Part shown: positions 8,346 to 17,102 of the stretch, one piece after another
Layout: each line of letters starts with the position of its first letter
Position numbering within the stretch: the stretch's first letter is position 1
Assembly (NCBI GenBank): GCA_036170655.1
Contig: JAVHPP010000036.1
Span: 1 to 17,593, forward strand
Source: Candidatus Zixiibacteriota bacterium
Lineage (GTDB): Bacteria; Zixibacteria; MSB-5A5; WJJR01
Length of the DNA stretch: 17,593 nt
Direction: 5' to 3'
Made by a program: the position numbers and the translations under genes
The notes under the pieces: generated by a model
Database searches by the model: none
Seen by the model: the letters and a program-made list of their open reading frames with translations, nothing else
Told to the model about the DNA's origin: nothing

Positions 8346-9122
8346 ATGGAGAATCTGACTGTGGTCCTGTTTCGCTATGGCTTTCTGCGCTTTGGGGTCA
8401 TCGACCTGGTCGATGTCCTTTTGGTGGCTTATATCTTCTACCGGCTGTTGTCCCTGATGAAGGGGACACGATCGGCACAGATGGCCACGGGGTTGGTTCT
8501 CGTCGGTATCATTTCTTTTCTGGCTTTCTGGTTCCGGCTGGAAGCATTAAAATGGCTCTTTGTCAACTTGGCGACGGTCGGGTTCATTGTGCTGGTCGTC
8601 GTCTTTCAACCGGAATTGCGCGGGGCGTTGGCACAGATCGGGCATTCGCGTGTATTCCGGTTTTTTTTCAAGCTGGAGGAACAGGCGGCTGCCGGCGAGA
8701 TTGTCAAGGCCGTGACCCGGTTGTCGGAGCTGGGTCACGGTGCGCTGATCGTTATTGAACGCAACGTCGGGTTGCGGAACATTGCTGAGACCGGAAAGGA
8801 TCTCAACGCCCGTGTATCGACAGAAATCCTCGTGACCCTGTTCACGCCGCACACACCGCTGCACGACGGCGCCGCTCTGCTGCGTGGCGAATTTGTGGTC
8901 GCGGCCGCATGCACGCTGCCGCTGACGACCCGTGAGGAGTTCACCAATCTCTACGGCATGCGTCACAAGGCCGCCATCGGTGTATCCGAGGTTTCCGATG
9001 CCGTCGTGCTGGTCGTCTCCGAAGAGACCAAAGAGATCTCGATCGCCTACAAGGGCGAATTGTACCGGCGTATCCAGCCCGACCGCCTGCGAGAGCATAT
9101 ACGGGTACTGATGGAAAGCTGA
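8346..9122 (+). CDS. cdaA: Membrane-bound diadenylate cyclase (c-di-AMP synthase, CdaA/DacA)
   Basis: Three N-terminal TM helices, FQPELR, GALIVIER, TPLHDGA (DGA motif), GMRHKAA (RHR-like motif) and VVSEET. Confidence 0.95.
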   Translation: MENLTVVLFRYGFLRFGVIDLVDVLLVAYIFYRLLSLMKGTRSAQMATGLVLVGIISFLAFWFRLEALKWLFVNLATVGFIVLVVVFQPELRGALAQIGHSRVFRFFFKLEEQAAAGEIVKAVTRLSELGHGALIVIERNVGLRNIAETGKDLNARVSTEILVTLFTPHTPLHDGAALLRGEFVVAAACTLPLTTREEFTNLYGMRHKAAIGVSEVSDAVVLVVSEETKEISIAYKGELYRRIQPDRLREHIRVLMES

Positions 9123-9148
9123 ACGGTAACCTCTGCAAGCGCGCAGAT

Positions 9149-10174
9149 ATGGAATTCGTCGATGAAGTCATAATCCAAGTGACGGCCGGTCATGGCGGCG
9201 GTGGTATCATCAGCTTCCGGCGCGAGAAGTTCGTCCCCAAAGGAGGACCTGACGGTGGCGATGGGGGCAAGGGCGGCGACATCATCGCCGAAGTCGATCC
9301 CAACCTCGCCACTCTCCTCGACCTGCGCTTCAAGAAACACATCAAGGCCGGACGGGGACGCCATGGCTCGGGTGGAGAGAGAAGCGGAGTCGGCGGGGCC
9401 GATGTCATCATGCGTGTCCCGCCGGGAACGCTGATATATGACGCCGATCATGAAAGCCTCCTGTGCGATCTCATTGAGCCAGGGGCGCGTGCGGTCATCG
9501 CCGCCGGAGGGAAGGGAGGCCGTGGTAATGCCCACTTCAAGTCGGCGACACGGCAATCCCCTCAGTTCTCCGAACTGGGTCAGCCCGGGAGGGCGCGGCG
9601 CGTCCGAATTGAATTGCACCTGATCGCTGACGTCGGACTGGTGGGGTATCCCAACGCCGGAAAGTCTACCCTCCTCCGTGCGGTCAGCGCCGCCGAGCCC
9701 AAGATCGGAGCCTACCCTTTCACAACGTTGCAGCCTCAGTTGGGGGTGGTCAAGAGACCGGGGTATCTGACCTTCACCGTCGCCGATCTCCCTGGCATCA
9801 TCGACGGGGCGCACGAAGGGCGCGGTCTGGGGTTGCGCTTCCTGCGTCACATTCAGCGCACCAAAGTGCTGCTCTTCCTCTTGGACATGGCCGCTGACTC
9901 TCCCGGAGACGATCTGGCGCATCTCCTGAGTGAACTGTCCGCTTTCGATCCTCTTCTTCTGAACAAGCCCCGGCTTGTGGTGCTGAACAAGTCCGATCTT
10001 GTCGATTCCAGTCTGCTGCATTCCCCGGATTACAGATTCGCCGATTTTGCGATCTCAGCCAAAGAAGGGCAGGGAGTGGAGTCAGTTCTCCAGGGGGTCG
10101 AGCGCATTCTCGCACGGTTCAAGAAGGACGCGGACGCAGTTGCGGCGGATCATTCTACCGGATCTGAAGCATGA
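9149..10174 (+). CDS. obgE: GTPase Obg/CgtA (short form without a long C-terminal domain)
   Basis: Gly-rich Obg fold (FRREKFVPKGGPDGGDGG, GGRGN), G1 GYPNAGKS, G2 YPFTT, G3 DLPG, G4 NKSD, G5 ISA. Confidence 0.97.
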   Translation: MEFVDEVIIQVTAGHGGGGIISFRREKFVPKGGPDGGDGGKGGDIIAEVDPNLATLLDLRFKKHIKAGRGRHGSGGERSGVGGADVIMRVPPGTLIYDADHESLLCDLIEPGARAVIAAGGKGGRGNAHFKSATRQSPQFSELGQPGRARRVRIELHLIADVGLVGYPNAGKSTLLRAVSAAEPKIGAYPFTTLQPQLGVVKRPGYLTFTVADLPGIIDGAHEGRGLGLRFLRHIQRTKVLLFLLDMAADSPGDDLAHLLSELSAFDPLLLNKPRLVVLNKSDLVDSSLLHSPDYRFADFAISAKEGQGVESVLQGVERILARFKKDADAVAADHSTGSEA

Positions 10175-11343
10175 TGGACGAAGCAAACGAGAGCGTCTTT
10201 CCGAGCCGGGAACTCCCAGTCTCTGGCGAGTCTGTTCCCGCTGCACAAATTCCCGGCGATGCCGAATACTGGCTGGCGCTCGCGCGGCTGCCGGGGGTGG
10301 GGCGCAAGACGTTCCTCAATCTGATTCAGGCATACAAATGTCCTAAAGCGGCGTGGGATCACTCCGATCGCGACTGGCAACAGGCGAAACTGCTGCGTGG
10401 CGGCATCAGCACGGTCTCCCATCGAGGCGAGGCGCTGGCATGGGCGGTCCGGCAGATCGAACGTCTGACCGCCAGCGATTGGCGCCTGCTTGTCTACGGA
10501 GGGATGGGATACCCGCGTGCTCTGGCAACTTTGGCGTACCCCCCGCCATTCCTGTTTACCGCCGGGCAATTGCCGCCGCAGCCGGCAATCGCTATCGTCG
10601 GTTCCCGGCAATGCACCGAGTACGGCATCAATGTGGCCCGGCAGATCGCCAGTGAACTGGCCGCCGCGGGGGTCTTGATTGTTTCGGGTTTCGCACGCGG
10701 GATCGATACCGCCGCGCACACGGCCGCGGTCGAGGCCGGCGGAGCGACAGTCGCGGTCTGGGGTTGCGGGCCCGACACCATCTATCCACACGAGAATAAG
10801 TCGCTCGTTCCTCGCATTCTCGAATGCGGGGGCATCGTGACCGAATTCCCCTTCGGTACGGCGCCCGAGCCGCAGAACTTCCCCGTGCGCAACCGCCTGA
10901 TCGCGGGGCTGTCCGCGGGGGTTTTGGTGGCTCAGGCGCGACAGAAGTCCGGAGCGTTGCTGACCGCCCAGCACGCCCTCGAGCAGGGCAAGGAAGTCTA
11001 CGCCGTCCCCGGTGAAATCGGCCGTCCCCAGTCCGCGGGCACAAACGAGTTGATCAAACAGGGCGCCAGAATCGTGACGGACGCCGGGGATATTCTCACG
11101 GACTTGGGGCTGCGGGCAACGCGCCATTCTGCCGCCGCTGCCATGCCCAGTCGACCACTGCCACCGCTGACACCCTTGGAACATCAGGTATGGGACGGAC
11201 TGGGATGTTCTGCTTGCCACATCGACCGGCTGGCCGTTTCTTTGAAACGGTCGGCCGCGGAGTGCGCCGCCGTGCTCCTGTCTTTGGAACTCAAGGGCAT
11301 TGTCAGACAGGCCGCGGGCAATATGTTCTCTCGCGTCGGCTGA
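10171..11343 (+). CDS. dprA: DNA-processing protein DprA/Smf
   Basis: N-terminal SAM-like LPGVG, IAIVGSR, IVSGFARGIDTAAH, NFPVRNRLIAGLS, SGALLTA, and a C-terminal winged helix (LLSLELKG). ATGA overlap with obgE. Confidence 0.96.
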   Translation: MMDEANESVFPSRELPVSGESVPAAQIPGDAEYWLALARLPGVGRKTFLNLIQAYKCPKAAWDHSDRDWQQAKLLRGGISTVSHRGEALAWAVRQIERLTASDWRLLVYGGMGYPRALATLAYPPPFLFTAGQLPPQPAIAIVGSRQCTEYGINVARQIASELAAAGVLIVSGFARGIDTAAHTAAVEAGGATVAVWGCGPDTIYPHENKSLVPRILECGGIVTEFPFGTAPEPQNFPVRNRLIAGLSAGVLVAQARQKSGALLTAQHALEQGKEVYAVPGEIGRPQSAGTNELIKQGARIVTDAGDILTDLGLRATRHSAAAAMPSRPLPPLTPLEHQVWDGLGCSACHIDRLAVSLKRSAAECAAVLLSLELKGIVRQAAGNMFSRVG

Positions 11344-11383
11344 CCGGCCACCGGCGACACCGTAACGAGCAGCCCCAGAAAAC

Positions 11384-11650
11384 GTGAACGAGCGCAAGGT
11401 GAAAGTCACAAACCCCCTTGGGGTTCATGCCCGCCCCGCAGCGATGCTGGTCCAAACCGCGGCCAAGTTCAAATCCGAAATCTGGTTTTCAAAGGACGGA
11501 TACGAAGTCAATGGCAAGAGCATGTTGGGAGTCATGACCCTGGCGGCCGAAATGGGATCGACCGTGACCATCCGTGCCGACGGGCCCGATGAAGACAAGG
11601 CGATCGAGGCCTTGGTGCGGGTGTTCGAAATGCGTTTTGGCGAAGCGTGA
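11384..11650 (+). CDS. ptsH: Phosphocarrier protein HPr
   Basis: 88 aa with GVHARPA (His15 site) and NGKSMLGV (Ser46 site). GTG start. Confidence 0.96.
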   Translation: MNERKVKVTNPLGVHARPAAMLVQTAAKFKSEIWFSKDGYEVNGKSMLGVMTLAAEMGSTVTIRADGPDEDKAIEALVRVFEMRFGEA

Positions 11651-11714
11651 TGTCTGAATGTTGCAATTATGCAGGTGCGTGGTCCGCTGAGCTGACTTTC
11701 GGTGGTTTCCGAGT

Positions 11715-13481
11715 ATGAATCCGATCATTACAGGGCGTCACGGTGAGAAAAGGCGCTGGAAGGGTGTCCCCGCGGCAGCGGGCATCGCGCTGGGACCGGC
11801 GATTGTCTACCGCGCGCGACAGGAAGAACCGGACCTGCGTCATCTCACCGGTGCGTCCGATGTCCCCGGCGAGTTGAAGCGGTTCGAAGACGCCCTTGCC
11901 TGCGTGCGTCAGGACTTGCTGCACCTCAAGGCCGAATCAGGCGGCTCCGTGCGGTCTGCCCTGGCGAAGATCTTCGATGCCCAAATCATGATTGTCGATG
12001 ACGCTGCCATCGTGGCGGAAGTCAAAAGGCTGATCGAACGCGACCACATTGCTGCTGAGAATGCCTTCGGTCAGGTGGTTGGCAATGCCCAGCGGTCGAT
12101 TGTGCGCGCAACCGATCCCTACCTGCGCGAAATGGTCAACGACATCCAGGCGGTCAAGACTCGAATCATCAACCGTCTCCTGGGTGTCGAAGCAACACTG
12201 AATCAGCCGCTCGCGTCGCCGGCCATCGTGCTGGCCGACAACATCACACCGGCCGACATCATCAGCCTCCGGCGTGATTGCGTGCTGGGCATCGTCACCG
12301 AGGGCGGAGGACAGACCTCCCACACGGCGCTCCTGGCCAAGTCACTGGGCATCCCGGCTGTGGTCGGTGTGGCATTGGACGTGCGGCGGGTTCGTTCGGG
12401 ACGGCTCGTTGCCGTTGACGGTTACAGCGGGATCGTGATTCTGGAGCCCGACGCCGCGACCATCGAGTTCTTCGAGAGGAAAAAGAGAAGGACATTAGCC
12501 CCTTGGCCAAAGAAGTACGGCGGCCTGCGCGACTTGCCCGCGGAAACAAAGGACCGCCACCGTCTCCAGTTGATGGCCAACATCGACTTGGGCGCCGAAG
12601 CGCCGACCGTGCTCGAGGCGGGCGCCGACGGCGTCGGGCTTTTTCGGACCGAGTACCTTTTCTTGGAGCGCGGGAAATACCCGACCGAAAAGCAGCAGCG
12701 TGATGTCTATGCCCAGACTGTCCGGGCCCTGCGTGGACGGCCTTTGGTCGTCAGGACATTCGACTTGGGAAGCGATAAGGCAATTCCGGGACATGTTCAG
12801 GAGACAAACCCCGCTCTGGCGTTGCGTGGAATTCGTCTCTCCTTGCGTTACCCCAATACGTTGAGTACGCAACTCCGCGCACTCCTGGCGGCATCAGCGC
12901 GGGGGCCGATCTGGGTCATGCTGCCGATGGTTATTGGTCCGGAGGAACTTCAGGACGCGATACATCACTGGTCGGCGGCCAAGGCCGCGCTCGCAAGCCG
13001 GGGGATCCGGTTCGACCGGAAAACGCCGCTGGGGATCATGGTGGAGACGCCATCGGCAGTTTGCATGATCGACGAACTCGCTCGGGCAGCCGATTTCCTG
13101 TCCATTGGGTCCAACGATCTCTTGCAATACACGCTGGCGATCGACCGTGGCAACAGCAGCGTGTCGCATCCCAGTGATTCCTGGCACCCGGCGCTCTGGA
13201 GGCAGATCGCCTCCGTGATCAAAGCGGGTCACCGGGCGAAGAAGCCCGTATCCGTCTGCGGTGAAATCGCCACCAATCGGATGATGATTCCCATTCTTCT
13301 GGGACTCGGCATCGATTCCCTGTCCTGCCACCCGAACTCGGTCCCGGTGATCAAGAGCATGATCCGTTCTGTGAGATATGCCGAGCTCAAGCTGGCAGCC
13401 AGAGAGTTCCTCACGCTCGCTTCCGAACTGGACGCGAGGGGGTTCGCTTACGATCTGGCCCGTCGGCTGGGTATCAGGTGA
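11715..13481 (+). CDS. ptsI: Phosphoenolpyruvate-protein phosphotransferase (PTS Enzyme I)
   Basis: GGQTSHTALLA phospho-His motif, GVGLFRTE, RTFDLGSDK, GIMVETP, SIGSNDLLQY and VCGE. No N-terminal GAF, so not the long Ntr-type PtsP. Confidence 0.95.
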   Translation: MNPIITGRHGEKRRWKGVPAAAGIALGPAIVYRARQEEPDLRHLTGASDVPGELKRFEDALACVRQDLLHLKAESGGSVRSALAKIFDAQIMIVDDAAIVAEVKRLIERDHIAAENAFGQVVGNAQRSIVRATDPYLREMVNDIQAVKTRIINRLLGVEATLNQPLASPAIVLADNITPADIISLRRDCVLGIVTEGGGQTSHTALLAKSLGIPAVVGVALDVRRVRSGRLVAVDGYSGIVILEPDAATIEFFERKKRRTLAPWPKKYGGLRDLPAETKDRHRLQLMANIDLGAEAPTVLEAGADGVGLFRTEYLFLERGKYPTEKQQRDVYAQTVRALRGRPLVVRTFDLGSDKAIPGHVQETNPALALRGIRLSLRYPNTLSTQLRALLAASARGPIWVMLPMVIGPEELQDAIHHWSAAKAALASRGIRFDRKTPLGIMVETPSAVCMIDELARAADFLSIGSNDLLQYTLAIDRGNSSVSHPSDSWHPALWRQIASVIKAGHRAKKPVSVCGEIATNRMMIPILLGLGIDSLSCHPNSVPVIKSMIRSVRYAELKLAAREFLTLASELDARGFAYDLARRLGIR

Positions 13482-13506
13482 TCACGGGTTCATCTCTGGA
13501 GTGTCG

Positions 13507-14628
13507 TTGACCAACGCGAGAACAACTCAGTATACGCTAACGCTGCTCGATGACCCAGAGCGTCATCGGTCGTTGGATCGCGGATCGATGCATGACGCCA
13601 TCGTGGCGTTCCCCGGACATCTCCGCGAGTCGGTGCGTCTGGCCACTGCGGTTGACTGGTCCGCTTACAAACCAACGACACCGCAGGGCATTTGTATTTG
13701 CGGCATGGGCGGATCGGCCATTGGGGGTGATCTGGCGCGGTCCTACTGGGAATCAGAGTCGCCGATACCTATCATTGTGGTGCGCAACGACCGGTTGCCC
13801 GCCTACGTCAACGATCACTGGTTTGTCATCGCTTCGAGCTATTCCGGCGACACCGAGGAGACGCTGTCGGCTGTCAGCGAAGCGGCCCATCGGGGCTGCC
13901 GGCGGATTCTGGCTCTGGCCGCCGGTGGACGGCTGGTATCACTGGCCGAGGAGAAACGCTGGGCGTTCGTGCGTCTCCCCGGCGGGTTGATGCCGCGCGC
14001 GTCATTGGGTTTTTCCTTCGGCGTCGTGATGCTCACACTGGCCGACTGGGGGGTCTCCGGCAACAACGCGATGGAGTTGGCAGAACAGGTGTCGTCCCTC
14101 TTGGCAGATTCCGCGTCGCTTCTCGCAGCCCGTGGCCCGCATCTTGATCGCCTGTGCCCGTCTGGTGAGAATCTTGCCAAACAGACAGCCGCCGCGCTCG
14201 CCGGACGTGTCGTCGTGGTCCTCGGTTCCACGGGCACGACCGACGTCATCGCCACGCGGTTCAAGACGCAACTTTGCGAGAACGCGAAGGCGCTCGCCTT
14301 TGCGAACGCGTTCCCGGAAGTCACACACAACGAGATTGTCGGTCTCGCCGCCTTCGCCGATGCCGCCGATCGTCTGGCCGTTCTCATTCTATCCTCTGAC
14401 GACGACCACCCAGGCGCGGCCACACGGCAGGAGGCAATGGCGCGCATCCTGCAAGCCCAGGGGATACCTGTTGCGTCCCTTCGGGCCGAAGGGTGCAATC
14501 GCCTCGAGCGGATGCTCTCGCTGGTCCAGTTGGGTGATTTCATCAGCTACCATCTGGCCATCCTCACGGACCATGACCCCACCCCCATCGCCGCCATCGA
14601 GGCGTTGAAGCGATCGCTCCCACGCTGA
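13507..14628 (+). CDS. Bifunctional phosphoglucose/phosphomannose isomerase (two SIS domains)
   Basis: CGMGGSAIGG, SSYSGDTEET, PRAS, QLCENAK, PEVTHNEIVG and GDFISYHLA motifs. Start placed at the in-frame TTG 13507 after GGAG; the ORF-track start 13378 overlaps ptsI by about 100 nt. Confidence 0.9.
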   Translation: MTNARTTQYTLTLLDDPERHRSLDRGSMHDAIVAFPGHLRESVRLATAVDWSAYKPTTPQGICICGMGGSAIGGDLARSYWESESPIPIIVVRNDRLPAYVNDHWFVIASSYSGDTEETLSAVSEAAHRGCRRILALAAGGRLVSLAEEKRWAFVRLPGGLMPRASLGFSFGVVMLTLADWGVSGNNAMELAEQVSSLLADSASLLAARGPHLDRLCPSGENLAKQTAAALAGRVVVVLGSTGTTDVIATRFKTQLCENAKALAFANAFPEVTHNEIVGLAAFADAADRLAVLILSSDDDHPGAATRQEAMARILQAQGIPVASLRAEGCNRLERMLSLVQLGDFISYHLAILTDHDPTPIAAIEALKRSLPR

Positions 14629-14650
14629 TGTCAGATCCCCACTCACTCCA

Positions 14651-15574
14651 ATGCCCGTGACCTTGCCAGACAAACAGGCCAGAATCGCCGGGGTAACTCC
14701 CACGGATGTTTTCTTGGGTGGCTGGCTGGCGCTGGTGGTGTCGCGATGGCTTCTGCCCACTTGCACGCCGTGCGGGGCAGCGGCCATCGCGCATGCCGGA
14801 CTGTTTCGCATGGAACGACTCAACGCCCTTGTTCTCTGTGTGATCTTCGCGGCGGCCGTCCTCTGGTACATTGCCCATGCACGGCGCGGCGGGACGATCT
14901 ACATTCGTCCGTTGCCGGGGCTGTCCGCGGTCGATGAGGCCGTCGGGCGCGCCACCGAAATGGGACGTCCCGTCGTCTTCATTCCCGGCACCGGAGACTT
15001 GGACGAGATCCAGACCATCGCGGGATTGTCGGTCTTGGGGCGCGTTGCGCGGGTCACGGCGCGCTATGCCACGCCCTTGCGCGTGCCGGTCCTGTACCCG
15101 CTCCCGATGGCGGCGGCGCGGGAGACAGTCCGCGAGGCGTATCTCGACGAAGGCGTGGAATACGTGGATCCGGAGACCGTCCAGTATGTCGCCGGCGAGT
15201 CATTTTCCTACGCGGCGCGTGTCGGCGGGATGATGCTGCGTGAACGTCCTGCCGCGGTCATTTACATGGGCCAGTTCACCGCTGAGTCGTTGCTGATTGC
15301 CGAGGTAGGACAGTCGACTGGAGCAATCCAGATTGCCGGCACCGCCGCGCCCGATCAGATGCCGTTCTTCATTGCCGCCTGCGATTACACGCTCATCGGC
15401 GAGGAACTCTATGCCGCCAGCGCCTATCTCTCAGGCGATCCGAAGATGCTCGGCTCATTGAAGGGTCAGGATGTGATAAAGATCCTGCTGGCCGCCGCGG
15501 TCGTGATCGGTGTCCTGTCGGTCACCTTGGGCTGGGGCAGCGCCTGGTTGATGGCTGCCTTTGAGGCGAAGTAG
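14651..15574 (+). CDS. Uncharacterised membrane-anchored protein, DUF6754-like (cassette subunit A)
   Basis: Signal-like N-terminus, one TM, a soluble alpha/beta region and a C-terminal TM. YIRPLPGLSAVDEAVGRATEMGRP and CDYTLIGEELYAASAYLS resemble DUF6754 proteins as I recall them; not verified by search. Start uncertain. Confidence 0.75.
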   Translation: MPVTLPDKQARIAGVTPTDVFLGGWLALVVSRWLLPTCTPCGAAAIAHAGLFRMERLNALVLCVIFAAAVLWYIAHARRGGTIYIRPLPGLSAVDEAVGRATEMGRPVVFIPGTGDLDEIQTIAGLSVLGRVARVTARYATPLRVPVLYPLPMAAARETVREAYLDEGVEYVDPETVQYVAGESFSYAARVGGMMLRERPAAVIYMGQFTAESLLIAEVGQSTGAIQIAGTAAPDQMPFFIAACDYTLIGEELYAASAYLSGDPKMLGSLKGQDVIKILLAAAVVIGVLSVTLGWGSAWLMAAFEAK

Positions 15575-15594
15575 CCGGGAGTCTGCCGCCCTCT

Positions 15595-16215
15595 ATGAAG
15601 ACCCGTCTTCCTGTCGTCGTCGCGTTCGTCTCGGGGGCGCTCATGATTCTGTCTTTTTTCGGACGGGGTCCCTTGGTCGATTCTGCTTCGGAGGTCGCGC
15701 TGACTTGGCAGACCATTGTGGGGGGATTCTCTCTGCTGTTGGGGGCTGTGTCCATCGTGCGCGTGCATTGGCGGCGCGTTGCGACCCGTGAGCGGGACCG
15801 GTTTTATTCCCTGTCTCTGCTGGTTTGTTTCGTGGTGATGGCGGGTTCCGGCGTTTTCTTCGGCATCGAACGAGGCACCGTCTTCGAGCGTCTGTTCAAC
15901 ACCATCCAGAGCCCGATGATGTCGACCATGTTCTCTCTCTTGGCGTTCTTTATTGCGTCGGCGGCCTATCGGGCGTTCCGCGCCCGCTCCGTCACCTCGG
16001 CGATTCTCTTGCTGACGGCATTGGTCGTCATGCTCGGCCGGATTCCGATGGGGCAGCTGATCTATTCACAGCTCCCGGCGTGGGCCGATTGGGTGATGTC
16101 CATTCCCTCGATGGCGGTCCAGCGAGGCATCCTCATCGGCGCGGCGCTGGGGGCCGCGTCGATGTCCCTGCGGCTGATTCTGGGCATTGAGCGAACCTAC
16201 CTGGGGCGGGGATGA
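15595..16215 (+). CDS. Uncharacterised integral membrane protein, about 6 TM (cassette subunit B)
   Basis: 206 aa, very hydrophobic, with Arg-rich loops (RRVATRERDR, AYRAFRARS). GGGAG upstream and ATGA coupling to the next gene. Confidence 0.85.
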   Translation: MKTRLPVVVAFVSGALMILSFFGRGPLVDSASEVALTWQTIVGGFSLLLGAVSIVRVHWRRVATRERDRFYSLSLLVCFVVMAGSGVFFGIERGTVFERLFNTIQSPMMSTMFSLLAFFIASAAYRAFRARSVTSAILLLTALVVMLGRIPMGQLIYSQLPAWADWVMSIPSMAVQRGILIGAALGAASMSLRLILGIERTYLGRG

Positions 16216-17102
16216 AGAGCGGCAACCGCGCCGATCACACCCCTGCCGGGCGTTCCTTCTGGGATCGTCTCCAGACGGTGGACCGGCGCATCCTCTACAC
16301 GCTGATCTTTGCCGCCGTGATCATTCCGGTGCTGTGGCCCCTCCATCTGCCCACCCCGACCACCCCGGAGTCACAAGCGTTCTTCAACGCGGTCGATAGT
16401 ATTCCCGCTGGGTCTGTCGTCCTTTTCCCTTTTGATTTCTGGCCTTCCACACTGGCCGAGACCGAGCCGATGGCCATTGCCGGTCTGCGGCATTGCTTCC
16501 GGAAAAACCTGCGCATCGTGGGGCTGTCGAATGTTGGCATGGGTGGTCCCACCATCGCAGAGCGGCTTCTCGACTCGATCGGCGGGGAGTACAAGAAGAC
16601 CTACGGCGTGGACTATGTTAATCTCGGTTACAAGGCCAACTACTCCGCGGTCCTGCTCGGGATGGGAACGCGCATCGCGGACATCTTCCCGACTGATCAC
16701 AGGGGGACGCCGATCGGCGATCTCCCTCTGATGCAGCATGTGCCCAACTATGATTCCGTCCGGTTTGTGCTGATCATCTCGGACAATGCCATGGTCGACT
16801 ACTGGGTGGCGCTGGTCAACGCACGCTTCGGGTTGCCGATGGTGGCCGGTGTCACGGCGGTTATGGCGCCGAAGGCGCTTTCATACATCCAGTCCCGCCA
16901 GCTCCTCGGATTGCTCGGTGGCATGAAGGGCGCGGCTGAATATGAGCAGTTGACCGGACTGGCGGACAGAGCAACCCGTGGCATGGATGCTCAGTCGCTG
17001 GTCCACTTCCTGATCATTCTGTTCGTCCTCATGGGCAATACGGGATACTTTGTCATACGTCACAGACAGCGCCATCTTCCGTTGGGGGGCGTGAGACCAT
17101 GA
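16212..17102 (+). CDS. Uncharacterised protein with N- and C-terminal TM helices and a central soluble domain (cassette subunit C)
   Basis: 296 aa: DRRILY then a TM, an alpha/beta-like core (VLFPFDFWPS, YGVDYVNLGY), LLGGMKGAAEYE and a terminal TM. ATGA overlaps on both sides. Confidence 0.85.
   Translation: MKSGNRADHTPAGRSFWDRLQTVDRRILYTLIFAAVIIPVLWPLHLPTPTTPESQAFFNAVDSIPAGSVVLFPFDFWPSTLAETEPMAIAGLRHCFRKNLRIVGLSNVGMGGPTIAERLLDSIGGEYKKTYGVDYVNLGYKANYSAVLLGMGTRIADIFPTDHRGTPIGDLPLMQHVPNYDSVRFVLIISDNAMVDYWVALVNARFGLPMVAGVTAVMAPKALSYIQSRQLLGLLGGMKGAAEYEQLTGLADRATRGMDAQSLVHFLIILFVLMGNTGYFVIRHRQRHLPLGGVRP

Noticed and set aside
9047..10021. 324-aa minus-strand ORF
   Set aside because: Antisense shadow of the conserved obgE gene.
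10171..11343. DprA as part of a defence or SLOG-domain signalling system together with cdaA
   Set aside because: It has the ordinary SAM-Rossmann-winged-helix DprA architecture and no accompanying effector genes.
10150..11409. 419-aa minus-strand ORF
   Set aside because: Antisense shadow of dprA with no recognisable motif. Long shadow ORFs are expected in GC-rich DNA.
11651..11714. AT-richer gap between ptsH and ptsI (TTGCAATTATGCA) as a promoter or operator
   Set aside because: Only a short imperfect dyad, with no correctly spaced -35/-10 pair.
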